From: Mycobacteriales bacterium
GTDB taxonomy: Bacteria > Actinomycetota > Actinomycetes > BP-191
Reading direction: 5' to 3'
NCBI GenBank assembly: GCA_036382875.1
Contig: DASVPJ010000041.1
Span: forward strand, 2,505 to 66,504
Length of the DNA stretch: 64,000 bases
Shown: positions 26,543 to 35,071 of the stretch, one piece after another
Layout: the number at the start of each line of letters is the position of its first letter
Position numbering within the stretch: the first letter of the stretch is position 1
Position numbers and translations under genes: made by a program
Notes under the pieces: model-generated
What the model was told of the DNA's origin: nothing
Seen by the model: only the letters and a program-made list of their open reading frames with translations
Database searches by the model: none

Positions 26543-27028
26543 ATGACGACACAGATCGACGGCTGCCGGCCGCACCTGACCAGCGACCGCGCGGACGAGT
26601 CGTACTCCTCCTGGGTCGGTCGGGCGCGGTGCGCCGGGTGGTCGGACGTGTTCGGCGACGAGAGCAGCAACGACGAGGCGCTGGCGCTCTGCGGGGCGTG
26701 CCCGGTGCTGCGGCAGTGCCGCCGATGGGCGCTGCGCACCGCGGTGGACGGCGTGGCCGGCGGCATGACGTCCGCGGAGCGCGCGGCGTGGCGGCGCGAG
26801 CACGGCGAGCCGGAGCCGGTCGTGAGCGTCGAGGACTTCCTGCTGACCGAGGTGGTCAGCGCCGACCGGACGTGGGGCCGTGGCCGCTCCGAGGCGATCC
26901 TCAACGCGGTAGCACGCTGGACCGACGACGGACACACCGCTCGCGAGATCGGCCTCCGGCTCGGCGTCACCCGACGCACCGTGAACAGGCTCCGCGCTAC
27001 CTGCCGCGAATGCCGACTCATCGCCTGA
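26543..27028 (+). CDS. WhiB-like (Wbl) Fe-S transcription factor with extra C-terminal HTH
   Basis: Cys motif C...C..C....C (CAGW...CGACPVLRQCRRWAL), GVAGGMTSAER turn; C-terminal AREIGLRLGVTRRTVNRL; typical of actinophage/AICE regulators. Confidence 0.75.
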   Translation: MTTQIDGCRPHLTSDRADESYSSWVGRARCAGWSDVFGDESSNDEALALCGACPVLRQCRRWALRTAVDGVAGGMTSAERAAWRREHGEPEPVVSVEDFLLTEVVSADRTWGRGRSEAILNAVARWTDDGHTAREIGLRLGVTRRTVNRLRATCRECRLIA

Positions 27029-27130
27029 CCCGACCCCGTTCCTCGACCTCTGCTGTTCTCCCGACCCCTTCGTCTCTTCTTCTTCGCTTCTCTCCTGATG
27101 TTGTTGATCTTGTTGCTGACCTGATCCGCT

Positions 27131-27338
27131 CCACCCCGCTGACCTGCCCTCCCTTCTCCAATGTGCGTGTCGAGGGAGTGCCACATGTTCGGGGGTGCGA
27201 AGCAGCCCCGAACATGTGGCACGACCGACCCCCGGCGGAGTGCAAAACCGCAGGTCAGCGGGGTGGAGCGGCCTCCGAAAAAGATCTTCGAGGGTGGTTC
27301 CTCGGGTGGTGCCTCGGTGCGTGGACCGAGGCACCACC
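27131..27338. promoter_or_regulatory. Cluster of strong nested palindromes upstream of xis-int (candidate regulatory/recombination-accessory region)
   Basis: 17-bp inverted repeat ccaccccgctgacctgc (27131-27147) and gcaggtcagcggggtgg (27250-27266) enclosing a perfect 17-bp stem hairpin (27178-27222); a further 14-bp stem hairpin at 27305-27338; contains CTGACCTG also present in att core and att-adjacent arms. Confidence 0.5.
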
Positions 27339-27475
27339 CTGAGCGGGTCCCCGGTTACGAGAACTTCACGGAGATCTCACCGCCGTGGTAACTCGGCCGT
27401 GAACCTTTCGTGAAGTCCCGAGCCGACCGTCCCCCCACGTCCCGGTAGCCCGGGACGGGCGAGAGGAGAGCCACC

Positions 27476-27745
27476 ATGAGCGCCATCGACCCGGCGTCGT
27501 TGCCGCCCGTTCTCGACGTCCCCACGGCCGGCCGGCTGCTCGGACTCGGCCGCTCCGCGGCCTACGACCTCGCCGTCGCCGAGCTCTGGCCGACGCCGGT
27601 CCTGCGGCTCGGACGGCGGCTGCGGATCCCGACCGCTCCGTTGCTGGCGCTTCTCGGCCTCGACCCTGGTCCGCTGTCGCAGTCCGGTGGCATGGTGACC
27701 GGGTCACCAACTGCCCCGGCTGCCTCCGAAGGAGGCAGGCCATGA
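27476..27745 (+). CDS. xis: Excisionase/Xis-family HTH DNA-binding protein
   Basis: GAGAGGAGAG SD; MerR/AlpA-like HTH (LDVPTAGRLLGLGRSAAYDLAVAELWPTPVLRLGRRLRIP); stop overlaps integrase ATG (ATGA). Confidence 0.7.
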   Translation: MSAIDPASLPPVLDVPTAGRLLGLGRSAAYDLAVAELWPTPVLRLGRRLRIPTAPLLALLGLDPGPLSQSGGMVTGSPTAPAASEGGRP

Positions 27746-28974
27746 CGAAAGAGTCGGGCGTGTACCAGCGGCACTCACGGCGCTGCCCGCGCAACGCGGG
27801 CGGTCGTGGCTACGCGCCGCACCGGTGCACCGGCACGTGGTCCTACGTCATCGACGTGGGCCGGGACGCCAACAACGAGAGAAGGCAGGAGACGAAGGGA
27901 GGCTTTCCGACCAAGCGGGAAGCGGTCGAGCAGCGGCGCAAGCGTCTCGGCGAGCTGAGGTCGCGGACGGGCGAGGCGTACGGGACGACGGTCGGCGCGT
28001 ACCTGGAGCAGTGGCTGTCGTGGAAGCGCGGCCTGCGGGACAGCACCCGGCTGTCCTACCGGCAGCACCTGGACGACTACCTGGTCCCGGCGCTTGGGCA
28101 GTACCGGCTCGCCGACCTGGAACGTCGGCCGGAGCTGATCGAGCAGATGTTCTCCAACCTCGTCACCGGGGTCAGCGGCAAGCCGTTGTCGCCGGCGTCG
28201 GTGCGGCGCATCTACTCGACGCTGCGCAGCGCGCTCAACAGCGCGGTGAAGCGGCGGATGCTGGCGCACAACCCGGCGTTGCACGTCGAGCTGCCGCGGA
28301 CGGCGCTGTACCGGCCGGTCGTGTGGGACGCGCAGCAGGTCGGCATCTTCCTCGACGCGATCCAGGGCCACCGGCTCTACGCGCTCTACGGCGTCGTCGT
28401 CCTGACCGGACTCCGGCGCGGCGAGGCGCTCGGGCTCCGGTGGGAGGACGTGGACCTGGACGAGGGCGTGCTGCACGTACGCCAGCAGGTCGTCGCGGTC
28501 GGCACGGAGGTCCGCATCGGCCCGCCGAAGACGAAGGCGGGGGAGCGGACGGTCGCGCTGTCCGAGGCGACCGTGGCGATGCTGCGCGAGCACCAGGCGC
28601 GGCAACGGCGCGAACGGCTCGCGTGGGGCGAGGCGTGGCACGACAGCGGCCACGTGTTCACCTACGAGGACGGCCGGATGCTGCGGCCGGACCACGTGAC
28701 GCACCTGTTCCGCAGGCTGGCGAAGGAGGCGGGGCTGCCGCTGATCCGGCTGCACAACCTGCGGCACACCAGCGCGAGCCTCGCGCTGGCGGCGGGCGTC
28801 CCGATGAAGGTCGTCAGCGACCGGCTCGGCCACTCCAGCGAGTCGATCACCTCGGCGCTCTACACGGTCGTCGTGCCCGCTGTGGCACGCGAGGCGGCCG
28901 AGCGGATCGCCAACGTCGTGCTGCTGCCGAGGGCACGGAGCGACGAGCACGAAGCCGTGTTAGCGCGGCGTTAG
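27742..28974 (+). CDS. int: Tyrosine-type site-specific integrase
   Basis: C-terminal catalytic region (LRRGEALGLRWEDVD, HNLRHTSASLALAAGVPMKVVSDRLGHSSESITSALY); adjacent to tRNA-Lys and attR. Confidence 0.9.
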   Translation: MTKESGVYQRHSRRCPRNAGGRGYAPHRCTGTWSYVIDVGRDANNERRQETKGGFPTKREAVEQRRKRLGELRSRTGEAYGTTVGAYLEQWLSWKRGLRDSTRLSYRQHLDDYLVPALGQYRLADLERRPELIEQMFSNLVTGVSGKPLSPASVRRIYSTLRSALNSAVKRRMLAHNPALHVELPRTALYRPVVWDAQQVGIFLDAIQGHRLYALYGVVVLTGLRRGEALGLRWEDVDLDEGVLHVRQQVVAVGTEVRIGPPKTKAGERTVALSEATVAMLREHQARQRRERLAWGEAWHDSGHVFTYEDGRMLRPDHVTHLFRRLAKEAGLPLIRLHNLRHTSASLALAAGVPMKVVSDRLGHSSESITSALYTVVVPAVAREAAERIANVVLLPRARSDEHEAVLARR

Positions 28975-28984
28975 CGCATGACCG

Positions 28985-29070
28985 GGAGAGGGCCAGGCCC
29001 GAGCGGGAAAGCCCAGGTCAGACGGGTGCGCCGCCAGGGACTTGAACCCCGAACCCGCGGATTAAGAGTC
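28985..29070. repeat. attR: direct repeat overlapping 3' half of tRNA-Lys
   Basis: Partner of 19767..19851. Confidence 0.7.
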
Positions 29071-29099
29071 CGCTGCTCTGCCAATTGAGCTAGCGGCGC
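29027..29099 (-). tRNA. tRNA-Lys (anticodon CTT), CCA not encoded
   Basis: Minus-strand cloverleaf GCGCCGC-TA-GCTC-AATTGGCA-GAGC-A-GCGGA-CTCTTAA-TCCGC-GGGTT-CGGGG-TTCAAGT-CCCTG-GCGGCGC-A; 73 nt. Confidence 0.85.
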
Positions 29100-29181
29100 G
29101 TGGCGCAGACTCTACACGACCTTCCGCCGGGGCCGCGCGCGCGTTACCGTCGTACGTCTGGCCAGCGGAGGGGCGGGGATC

Positions 29182-30150
29182 GTGCTGCGCGTACGGCGGT
29201 CGGTCGCGGCCGGGGTGGCGATCGCGGTGCTCGGCGTGCCGTGGGCCATCGCCGCGCCGCAGGAACGCCCCCTCTGCCTCGACCCGGTGATCGCCTGCCC
29301 GAAGCCGCCGCCGCCCGAGCCGGACCCGGTGCCGAAGCCGGACACGAGCGCGTACCGGGGCCTCGGCACGTGGGTCGACGCGTACGACTTCGCGCGCGAG
29401 TTCGGCAACGCCACCACGCGGCCGAGCGCGGTGGACGAGATGGCGCAGCAGGGCGTGAAGACGCTCTACATCCAGGCCGCGAAGGACCGCGACGGCGTCG
29501 GCGACCTGGCCAGCCCGGACCTGCTCGGGCAGTTCCTCGAACGCGCCCACGCCCGGCGGATGAAGGTGATCGCCTGGTACCTGCCGCGCTTCCTCGACCA
29601 GGAGCGCGACTTCCGCCACGTGAAGGCGATGCTCGACTTCCGCTCGCACGGCCACGCGTTCGACGGCGTCGGCATCGACATCGAGTCGCGCGAGAACGGC
29701 GACGTGAAGCAGCGCAACGACCGCCTCGTCGCGCTGTCGCAGCGGGTGCGCAAGGCGGCGGGCATGCGCAGCGTCTCGGCGATCGTGGTGCCGCCGGTGG
29801 TGACGGACGTGATGAACCCGAAGTTCTGGCCGGACTTCCCGTGGAGCCGGATCCGGAGCAGCTACGACGTCTGGGTCCCGATGGGCTACTGGACCAACCG
29901 CAAGCCGGACAGCGAGTACCGCGACGCGTACCGCTACACGACGGAGAACGTCCGCCTGCTCCGCGAGAACCTGAACGACCCCAACGCCGTGGTCCACGTC
30001 GCCGGCGGAGTCGGAACCAAGGCGACGAGCAGGGACTACGAACGCTTCGTGCTGGGCGCCCGCGACAGCCGCAGCGTCGGGCTCTCCGTCTACGACTGGG
30101 CGGTCACGGCGCGCAGCGCGTACCCGATCCTGCGCAAGGGGCCGAGCTAG
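29182..30150 (+). CDS. Secreted hypothetical protein (possible glycoside-hydrolase-like TIM-barrel)
   Basis: GTG after GGAGGGGCGGGG SD; signal peptide; GC3-rich; Pro-rich linker then about 250-aa domain. Confidence 0.6.
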   Translation: MLRVRRSVAAGVAIAVLGVPWAIAAPQERPLCLDPVIACPKPPPPEPDPVPKPDTSAYRGLGTWVDAYDFAREFGNATTRPSAVDEMAQQGVKTLYIQAAKDRDGVGDLASPDLLGQFLERAHARRMKVIAWYLPRFLDQERDFRHVKAMLDFRSHGHAFDGVGIDIESRENGDVKQRNDRLVALSQRVRKAAGMRSVSAIVVPPVVTDVMNPKFWPDFPWSRIRSSYDVWVPMGYWTNRKPDSEYRDAYRYTTENVRLLRENLNDPNAVVHVAGGVGTKATSRDYERFVLGARDSRSVGLSVYDWAVTARSAYPILRKGPS

Positions 30151-30155
30151 CCGCG

Positions 30156-30497
30156 TTACGCGCCGTGCAGCGCCTCGTCGCGGGTGTCGTAGACCGGCAG
30201 CTCCTGGTCGAGGTGGGCCAGCACCAACGCCGGCCGCACCGGCGACGACGGCGGGCACGCGACGCGCAGCGAACGGTGGTGCTCGTGCGCGAGGTCGCAG
30301 CCGCGCCGCAGCGCGCGGACGCCGCCGGCGAGCAGCGTGCCGCTCTCGGTGAGGTCGACGACGACGTCGTAGCCGTCGCGGGCGACGAGCCCCGCGATGG
30401 CGCCGCTGACGGCCGGAGCGCTGCGTGGCGTGAGGTCACCCTTCACGATGAGCAGCGCGACACGGTTGTCCTGGTCCAGGTCGATGTCGACGCTCAT
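30156..30497 (-). CDS. STAS-domain protein (anti-sigma-factor antagonist-like)
   Basis: ATG 30497 after GAGGCGG; SpoIIAA-like pattern (VDIDLDQDNRVALLIVKGDLTPRSAPAVSGAIAGLVARDGYDVVVDL). Confidence 0.7.
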   Translation of the reverse strand: MSVDIDLDQDNRVALLIVKGDLTPRSAPAVSGAIAGLVARDGYDVVVDLTESGTLLAGGVRALRRGCDLAHEHHRSLRVACPPSSPVRPALVLAHLDQELPVYDTRDEALHGA

Positions 30498-30596
30498 CAC
30501 GACCGCCTCGGGTAGCGCGCACGGACTAGTAACGCACTAGTCATCGGCCCACCGGAAGGGGGTCTGAACGGATCAGCCGGGAATCACCCGGTTGGC

Positions 30597-31334
30597 TCAA
30601 CGCGGCAACGGCCCCGGCATGCCGAGCAGCCGGCCGCGCCCGAGCGTGGCGCCGAGCGCGGTCGCGGCGGAACGCCGCTGCTCGGTGTCGACGCCCAGCG
30701 CGATCACCTCGATGCCGCGGCGGCCCGCGAGGTCGAGCATCGCGCGCACCCCGTCGGACACGGCGCCGGAACGGCCGGGCCGGTCGAGGTCGAGCTTGAC
30801 GACGTCGGGGCGCACCTGGTCGAGCAGCCCGAGGGCGCCCGGAACGTCCGCCACGTCGTCGGCGACGATCCGCCACCCCCAGCCGCGGAACTCGTCGATG
30901 CCCGAACGCAGCGCCGCCGGGTCGGCGAACGCGTGCGCCGGCACCTCGGCCGCGACCTTCACGGAACGCCGCCCGCGACCCCAGGAGGTGGCGAGCCGCG
31001 GCGGGCACGCGCTGCCGTACGTCTCCGGCTCAGGCGTGATCCACATCTCGACGTCCACGCCGCGCTCGAGGTACTGGTCGAACGCGAGGCAGCGGAACGC
31101 CCAGTCCAGCCGCTCCACGAGGCCGAGGCCCTGGGCCGACTCCAGCAGCGCGAGCGTGCTGTTCAGCTCGGTGCCGGCCTGGCCGCGACCGGTCGCCTTG
31201 TAGCCGACGAGCGTGTCGTCGTCGAGCCGGCGGACGGGCTGGAAGTCGGGGCCGAGCTGCTCGGGCCGCTCGATGAGCCGCTCGATGAGGGCGCGGTCGT
31301 TGCGGAGCTTCTCCACGGAGTTCAGCAGGGACAT
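30597..31334 (-). CDS. EAL-domain protein (c-di-GMP phosphodiesterase-like, possibly degenerate)
   Basis: C-terminal EAL-type blocks (IVADDVADVPGALGLL, DVVKLDLD, IEVIALGVDTEQ). Confidence 0.65.
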   Translation of the reverse strand: MSLLNSVEKLRNDRALIERLIERPEQLGPDFQPVRRLDDDTLVGYKATGRGQAGTELNSTLALLESAQGLGLVERLDWAFRCLAFDQYLERGVDVEMWITPEPETYGSACPPRLATSWGRGRRSVKVAAEVPAHAFADPAALRSGIDEFRGWGWRIVADDVADVPGALGLLDQVRPDVVKLDLDRPGRSGAVSDGVRAMLDLAGRRGIEVIALGVDTEQRRSAATALGATLGRGRLLGMPGPLPR

Positions 31335-31360
31335 GCAGGTGGTCTCGGCACGAATGCCGT

Positions 31361-32395
31361 TCACCCTGAGAGCGCCGCCGTCCGCCGGCCGATCGCGGGC
31401 ACGAACTTGAAGCCGTGCCCCGAGCACGGCGAGCAGACGACGAGCGCCCCGTGGCGGCGCAGCACGAACGACTCGTCCGGCGTCGTCGTGTACAGGCACG
31501 AGTCCGCGCGGGTGGCCCGCGGCTCGGCGCCGGGCAGCCACTCGGCGGCATACTCCTCGACCCGCCGCACCGCGGCGGCGTCGACGCCGAGCCGCGCGTC
31601 GGGCGTCACCGGACGGCCGCTGCCGTGCTCGCCGACCTTGACGCCCTCGCCGGGCGCGCCGAGGCCGTAGTACGGCACGCCGTCCGCGCGGTGGTGGATC
31701 CACGACGGCCAGGCCGCGTCGCTCGGCAGGTAGACCGGCTGCTCCTGCGTGACCCGGAACGGCGGCAGGTCGTCCGGCACCGGCAACGACGCGAGCAGCC
31801 CCGGCAGCCACGCGCCGGCCGCGACGACGGCGACCCGCGCCTCGTACTCGTCGCCGGTGTCCGTCGTGACGGCGACGCCGTACGACGTCTCGCGCGCGGC
31901 CACGGCGGTCACGCCGAACCGCACGTCGGCGCCGTGCCGCGCCGCCTCCGCGTGCAACGTCTCCACCGCCGCGTCGGCGTCGAGCCGCCCGGCGTCGGGC
32001 TGGTGCACGACGTCGGAGGAGAACCGCAGCGCCGGCCACCGCTCGGCCGCCGCCGCGGCGGCCAGGCGCTCGTACGGCAGGCCGTGCGCGCGCAGGTTCG
32101 CCTCGATGTCGTCGACCGCCACGCCGTGGTCGACGCCGCCGGTGACCTGCAGCAGGGACGCGCCGCTCTCGCGTTCGAGCAGCCGCCACAGGTCGTACGC
32201 CTCGCGGGCCATCGCGACGTACGAGCCGTCGGCGTAGGCGAGCCGGAAGATGCGCGAACGGCCGTGCGAGGAGCCGTGCACGTGGTGCCCGGGGTGGCGT
32301 TCGAGCAGCGTCACGTCGCGCCCGGCGCGGGCCGCCCACCAGGCGGTCGCCGAGCCCATCGCGCCGCCGCCGACGACGAGCAGGTCCGTACGCAT
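31361..32395 (-). CDS. FAD-dependent oxidoreductase (sarcosine/N-methyltryptophan oxidase SolA-like)
   Basis: Rossmann dinucleotide motif DLLVVGGGAMGSATAWWAA; C-terminal pattern ending CSGHGFKF. Confidence 0.8.
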   Translation of the reverse strand: MRTDLLVVGGGAMGSATAWWAARAGRDVTLLERHPGHHVHGSSHGRSRIFRLAYADGSYVAMAREAYDLWRLLERESGASLLQVTGGVDHGVAVDDIEANLRAHGLPYERLAAAAAAERWPALRFSSDVVHQPDAGRLDADAAVETLHAEAARHGADVRFGVTAVAARETSYGVAVTTDTGDEYEARVAVVAAGAWLPGLLASLPVPDDLPPFRVTQEQPVYLPSDAAWPSWIHHRADGVPYYGLGAPGEGVKVGEHGSGRPVTPDARLGVDAAAVRRVEEYAAEWLPGAEPRATRADSCLYTTTPDESFVLRRHGALVVCSPCSGHGFKFVPAIGRRTAALSG

Positions 32396-32508
32396 CGCGG
32401 GCAGGCTACGGCGCCGCGCGCGGCGAATGCTTGACCCGGAGCCCGTTCCGCCGGTTTGCTCCACCTCTGCCCGAGATGCCCGGTCGACCCCTCTGCAAGG
32501 AGACCCTC

Positions 32509-32736
32509 GTGCGCCGTCTGCTCGCCCTGCCCCTCGTCGCGTTCGCGTTCGCGACCCCCGCCTCCGCCGCCGTGTCCTGCCACGGCGTGTACTCCGGCAG
32601 CACCGACGTCAGCGTCTGCGCCGGCATCGAGTGCGTCGACCTGTGCGGTCCGCGCCTCGTCGTCGACCCGCGCTGCTCCGGCGCGCCCTCGATCGCCGCC
32701 GCGCTGTGCGCCGCGATCGACGCGTACGAGCTCTGA
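32509..32736 (+). CDS. Small secreted 6-Cys protein, paralog 1 of 3 (75 aa)
   Basis: GTG after AAGGAGAC SD; signal peptide VRRLLALPLVAFAFATPASA; mature about 55 aa with 6 Cys. Confidence 0.55.
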   Translation: MRRLLALPLVAFAFATPASAAVSCHGVYSGSTDVSVCAGIECVDLCGPRLVVDPRCSGAPSIAAALCAAIDAYEL

Positions 32737-32762
32737 CCTCGCCTCACCCAAGGAGACCCGGC

Positions 32763-32975
32763 ATGCGCCGTCTGTTCGCCCTGCCCCTGATCGCCGCGGC
32801 GTTCGCCACGGCGAGCCCCGCCGGCGCGGTCGCCGCCTGCACGCCGACCGTCGTCGGCGCCTGCGTGTCGTACCAGTGCGGCGAGATCTGCGGGCCGGTC
32901 GAGGTGTGGCTCTACTGCGACCTCGACAGCCACCCGCGCATCCTCGCCTGCGACCTGATCAACCAGCTCGGCTGA
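32763..32975 (+). CDS. Small secreted 6-Cys protein, paralog 2 of 3 (70 aa)
   Basis: ATG after AAGGAGACC SD; MRRLFALPLIAAAFATASPAGA signal peptide; 6 Cys. Confidence 0.55.
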   Translation: MRRLFALPLIAAAFATASPAGAVAACTPTVVGACVSYQCGEICGPVEVWLYCDLDSHPRILACDLINQLG

Positions 32976-33004
32976 GCCCCGTTCTGCGAAGGAGCCCCTC
33001 CGTG

Positions 33005-33238
33005 ATGCGTCGTCTGCTCGCCGGTGCGGCTGTCGCCGCCGTGGCGTTCGGCGTCACCGCCCCCGCGTCCGCCGCCTGGTCCTGCCACGGCGTCGAGTCC
33101 GGCACCACCCGTGCCGGCGTCTGCGCCGGCTCGTGGTGCGTGGACGAGTGCTGGATCGTGGCCTGGACCTACTGCGAGGGCGCGAACGCCAAGGTCTGCA
33201 CCGCCGTCGACGGGCTCGGCGCCCCGCCCGGCCGCTGA
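33005..33238 (+). CDS. Small secreted 6-Cys protein, paralog 3 of 3 (77 aa)
   Basis: ATG after GAAGGAGCC SD; signal peptide MRRLLAGAAVAAVAFGVTAPASA; 6 Cys (WSCHGVESG...CAGSWCVDEC...YCEG...VC). Confidence 0.55.
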   Translation: MRRLLAGAAVAAVAFGVTAPASAAWSCHGVESGTTRAGVCAGSWCVDECWIVAWTYCEGANAKVCTAVDGLGAPPGR

Positions 33239-33251
33239 CCCGCAACCGTGC

Positions 33252-33704
33252 CTACGGCGCGGTGACCGACGCCCCCTCGCACATCAGGTAGTAACGGGTC
33301 GTCGGGTTGATGTTGGCGTACTGCGCCACGCAGGTGAACGCCGCCGGCGCGCCGGTGGACGCGCACAGGCCGGCGAACGCGATGAGGCCGGCCACGTAGG
33401 CGACCTGGCACAGCCCCAGCTGCAGGGGGCCGCAGGAGCCGTACATGGTGCCGGTGCCGACCGCGATGGTGCCGACGACGGTGCCCGAGAACCCGCAGGA
33501 GTACGTCCCCAGGATGCCGCGGGTACCGACGCTCGTGATCGTGCCGGTGAACGCCACGGACTGCGGCTGCGAGTAGAGCCCGAAGCCGGGCGTGAACGTT
33601 CCGCTGCCGGTCAGCACGAACACGTCGGCGTTCGGGGCTGACGCGGCCGGGCTTGCCATGGTGAGGGGGAGCGCGAGCACGGCGACGAGGGGACGGAGCT
33701 TCAT
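33252..33704 (-). CDS. Secreted protein, uncharacterised paralog family member A (150 aa)
   Basis: ATG 33704 after AGGAGAA SD; signal peptide; family motifs (VLTGSGTFTPG, QSVAFTGTITSVGT, SCGFSGT, GSCGP, NINPTTRYYLMC). Confidence 0.7.
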   Translation of the reverse strand: MKLRPLVAVLALPLTMASPAASAPNADVFVLTGSGTFTPGFGLYSQPQSVAFTGTITSVGTRGILGTYSCGFSGTVVGTIAVGTGTMYGSCGPLQLGLCQVAYVAGLIAFAGLCASTGAPAAFTCVAQYANINPTTRYYLMCEGASVTAP

Positions 33705-33735
33705 GGTTCTCCTGGCTGGGTGGGCGGTGCCGCTG

Positions 33736-34203
33736 CTACGGCACCCGGTAGTCGACCGCGACGACGCACGCGAGGTTGAACCGCGTCGTCGGGTTGACGT
33801 TCGTGGGCTGGAACACACAGTCGAAGTGCAGGCCTCGCGACGCGCTGGCGATCACGGCCGTGGTCAGGGAGAGAGTGGGACCTACGCGCACCAAGACCAT
33901 GTCGACGCCCGACGTCGGGCCACAGCTCCCGGAGAGCGAACCCAATCCGAGGAGCACCGAGCCGATTTGGTCCGTTCCCGAGAAGCTGCACGAGTATCCG
34001 CCGAGACCCACAGGGAACGTGCTTGCGTAGCTTGCCGTCCCGGTGAACGAGATCGACTGCGGGGTCGGGACCACCGTAAGGCCGGGGCTGAGGGTCCCGC
34101 TGCCGGTGATCACGTAGACGTTCGCGTCCAGAGCCTCGGCGGGCGGCGCGACCGGAAACGCGAGCGCGGCGGCGGCGCCAGCGACGAGCAGGCGGTGCGA
34201 CAT
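33736..34203 (-). CDS. Secreted protein, paralog family member B (155 aa)
   Basis: ATG 34203 after GAGGGGGGA SD; motifs ITGSGTLSPGL, QSISFTGTA, SCSFSGT, GSCGP, CVFQPTNVNPTTRFNLAC. Confidence 0.7.
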   Translation of the reverse strand: MSHRLLVAGAAAALAFPVAPPAEALDANVYVITGSGTLSPGLTVVPTPQSISFTGTASYASTFPVGLGGYSCSFSGTDQIGSVLLGLGSLSGSCGPTSGVDMVLVRVGPTLSLTTAVIASASRGLHFDCVFQPTNVNPTTRFNLACVVAVDYRVP

Positions 34204-34477
34204 CGTCCCCCCTCGGGGCTGGGTGTGCCGCGACCGTAGAGGCGCGGGGGGATCGGCGACACGGCCAGGTGGCCAGGTCCCTCACCCTCGTGTCGACCGG
34301 CCTGAGGCGGGCCGCGCGCCGCGACGACCTGACGGGAGCCGCCCTCTGCGGCTGGGTCGACGCCGGAGACCGGGGGCGACCGTGCCACTGCCGTCCATGA
34401 CGTCACCGCCGGTCCGAGCCGGAACGCGCGGGAGGGGCGGGCCGCCGCGCGACCCGCCCCTCCCGCGTGCAGCGTCG

Positions 34478-34945
34478 TTACGAGATCTTCGCGAGCCCCG
34501 CGGCGCACGCGAGGTTGTAGCGGGTGGTCGGCCGGACGTTCGTCGGCTGGAACACGCAGTCACCGGCGCCGATGCCGCCGGTGCCGCCGTTGATCGGGCA
34601 CACGACGATCACGTGCACGCCGGTGAACACGAGCGAGCAGCCCGGGAACGACAGCGGGCCGCAGGAGCCCGAGACGGTGCCGGTGCCGCCGGCCATGTTG
34701 CCGAAGCCGGTGCCGGAGAACGAGCACGGGTACGAGCCGGGCAGGCCGTCGGTGCCGACCACGGTCGCGGTGCCCGTGAACGAGATCGACTGGTTCTGCA
34801 CGACCTCGGTGAGACCCGGCGAGAGGGTGCCGCTGCCGGTGATCGCGGCGACGTCGACGTTGGCGGCGACGGCGGGCGACGCCGACAGCAGCGCGAACGG
34901 CATCGCCAGCGTGGCACCGAGGAAGAGCGAGCGGGTGAGCTTCAT
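34478..34945 (-). CDS. Secreted protein, paralog family member C (155 aa)
   Basis: ATG 34945 (MKLTRSLFLG...); motifs ITGSGTLSPGL, QSISFTGTA, CSFSGTG, GSCGP, CVFQPTNVRPTTRYNLAC. Confidence 0.7.
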   Translation of the reverse strand: MKLTRSLFLGATLAMPFALLSASPAVAANVDVAAITGSGTLSPGLTEVVQNQSISFTGTATVVGTDGLPGSYPCSFSGTGFGNMAGGTGTVSGSCGPLSFPGCSLVFTGVHVIVVCPINGGTGGIGAGDCVFQPTNVRPTTRYNLACAAGLAKIS

Positions 34946-35071
34946 GCGGGTGTGCCTTTCGTCGAGGGGTGGGTACCGACGCAAGGCACGCTAGGCAGCG
35001 CGGCGGGGACGCAGTAGCGCCACCCGGCCACTTCTGCTGGCCACCCGGCCAGGTGCCGGGAGCCCACCTGG

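Larger units (their letters stand above)
19767..29070. mobile_element. Integrative genomic island (about 9.3 kb) at tRNA-Lys(CTT) carrying xis-int, WhiB-like and XRE regulators and defense-like cargo
   Basis: Flanking direct repeats (attL/attR), tyrosine integrase and excisionase next to the tRNA, visibly lower GC and AT-ending codons in cargo genes (21.5-25.4 kb). Confidence 0.75.

Noticed and set aside
27018-27413. Several 60-90-aa ORFs on both strands in the palindrome region
   Set aside because: Mirror-image peptides produced by the inverted repeats themselves (e.g. MPHVRGC on both strands); the region is better explained as structured non-coding DNA.
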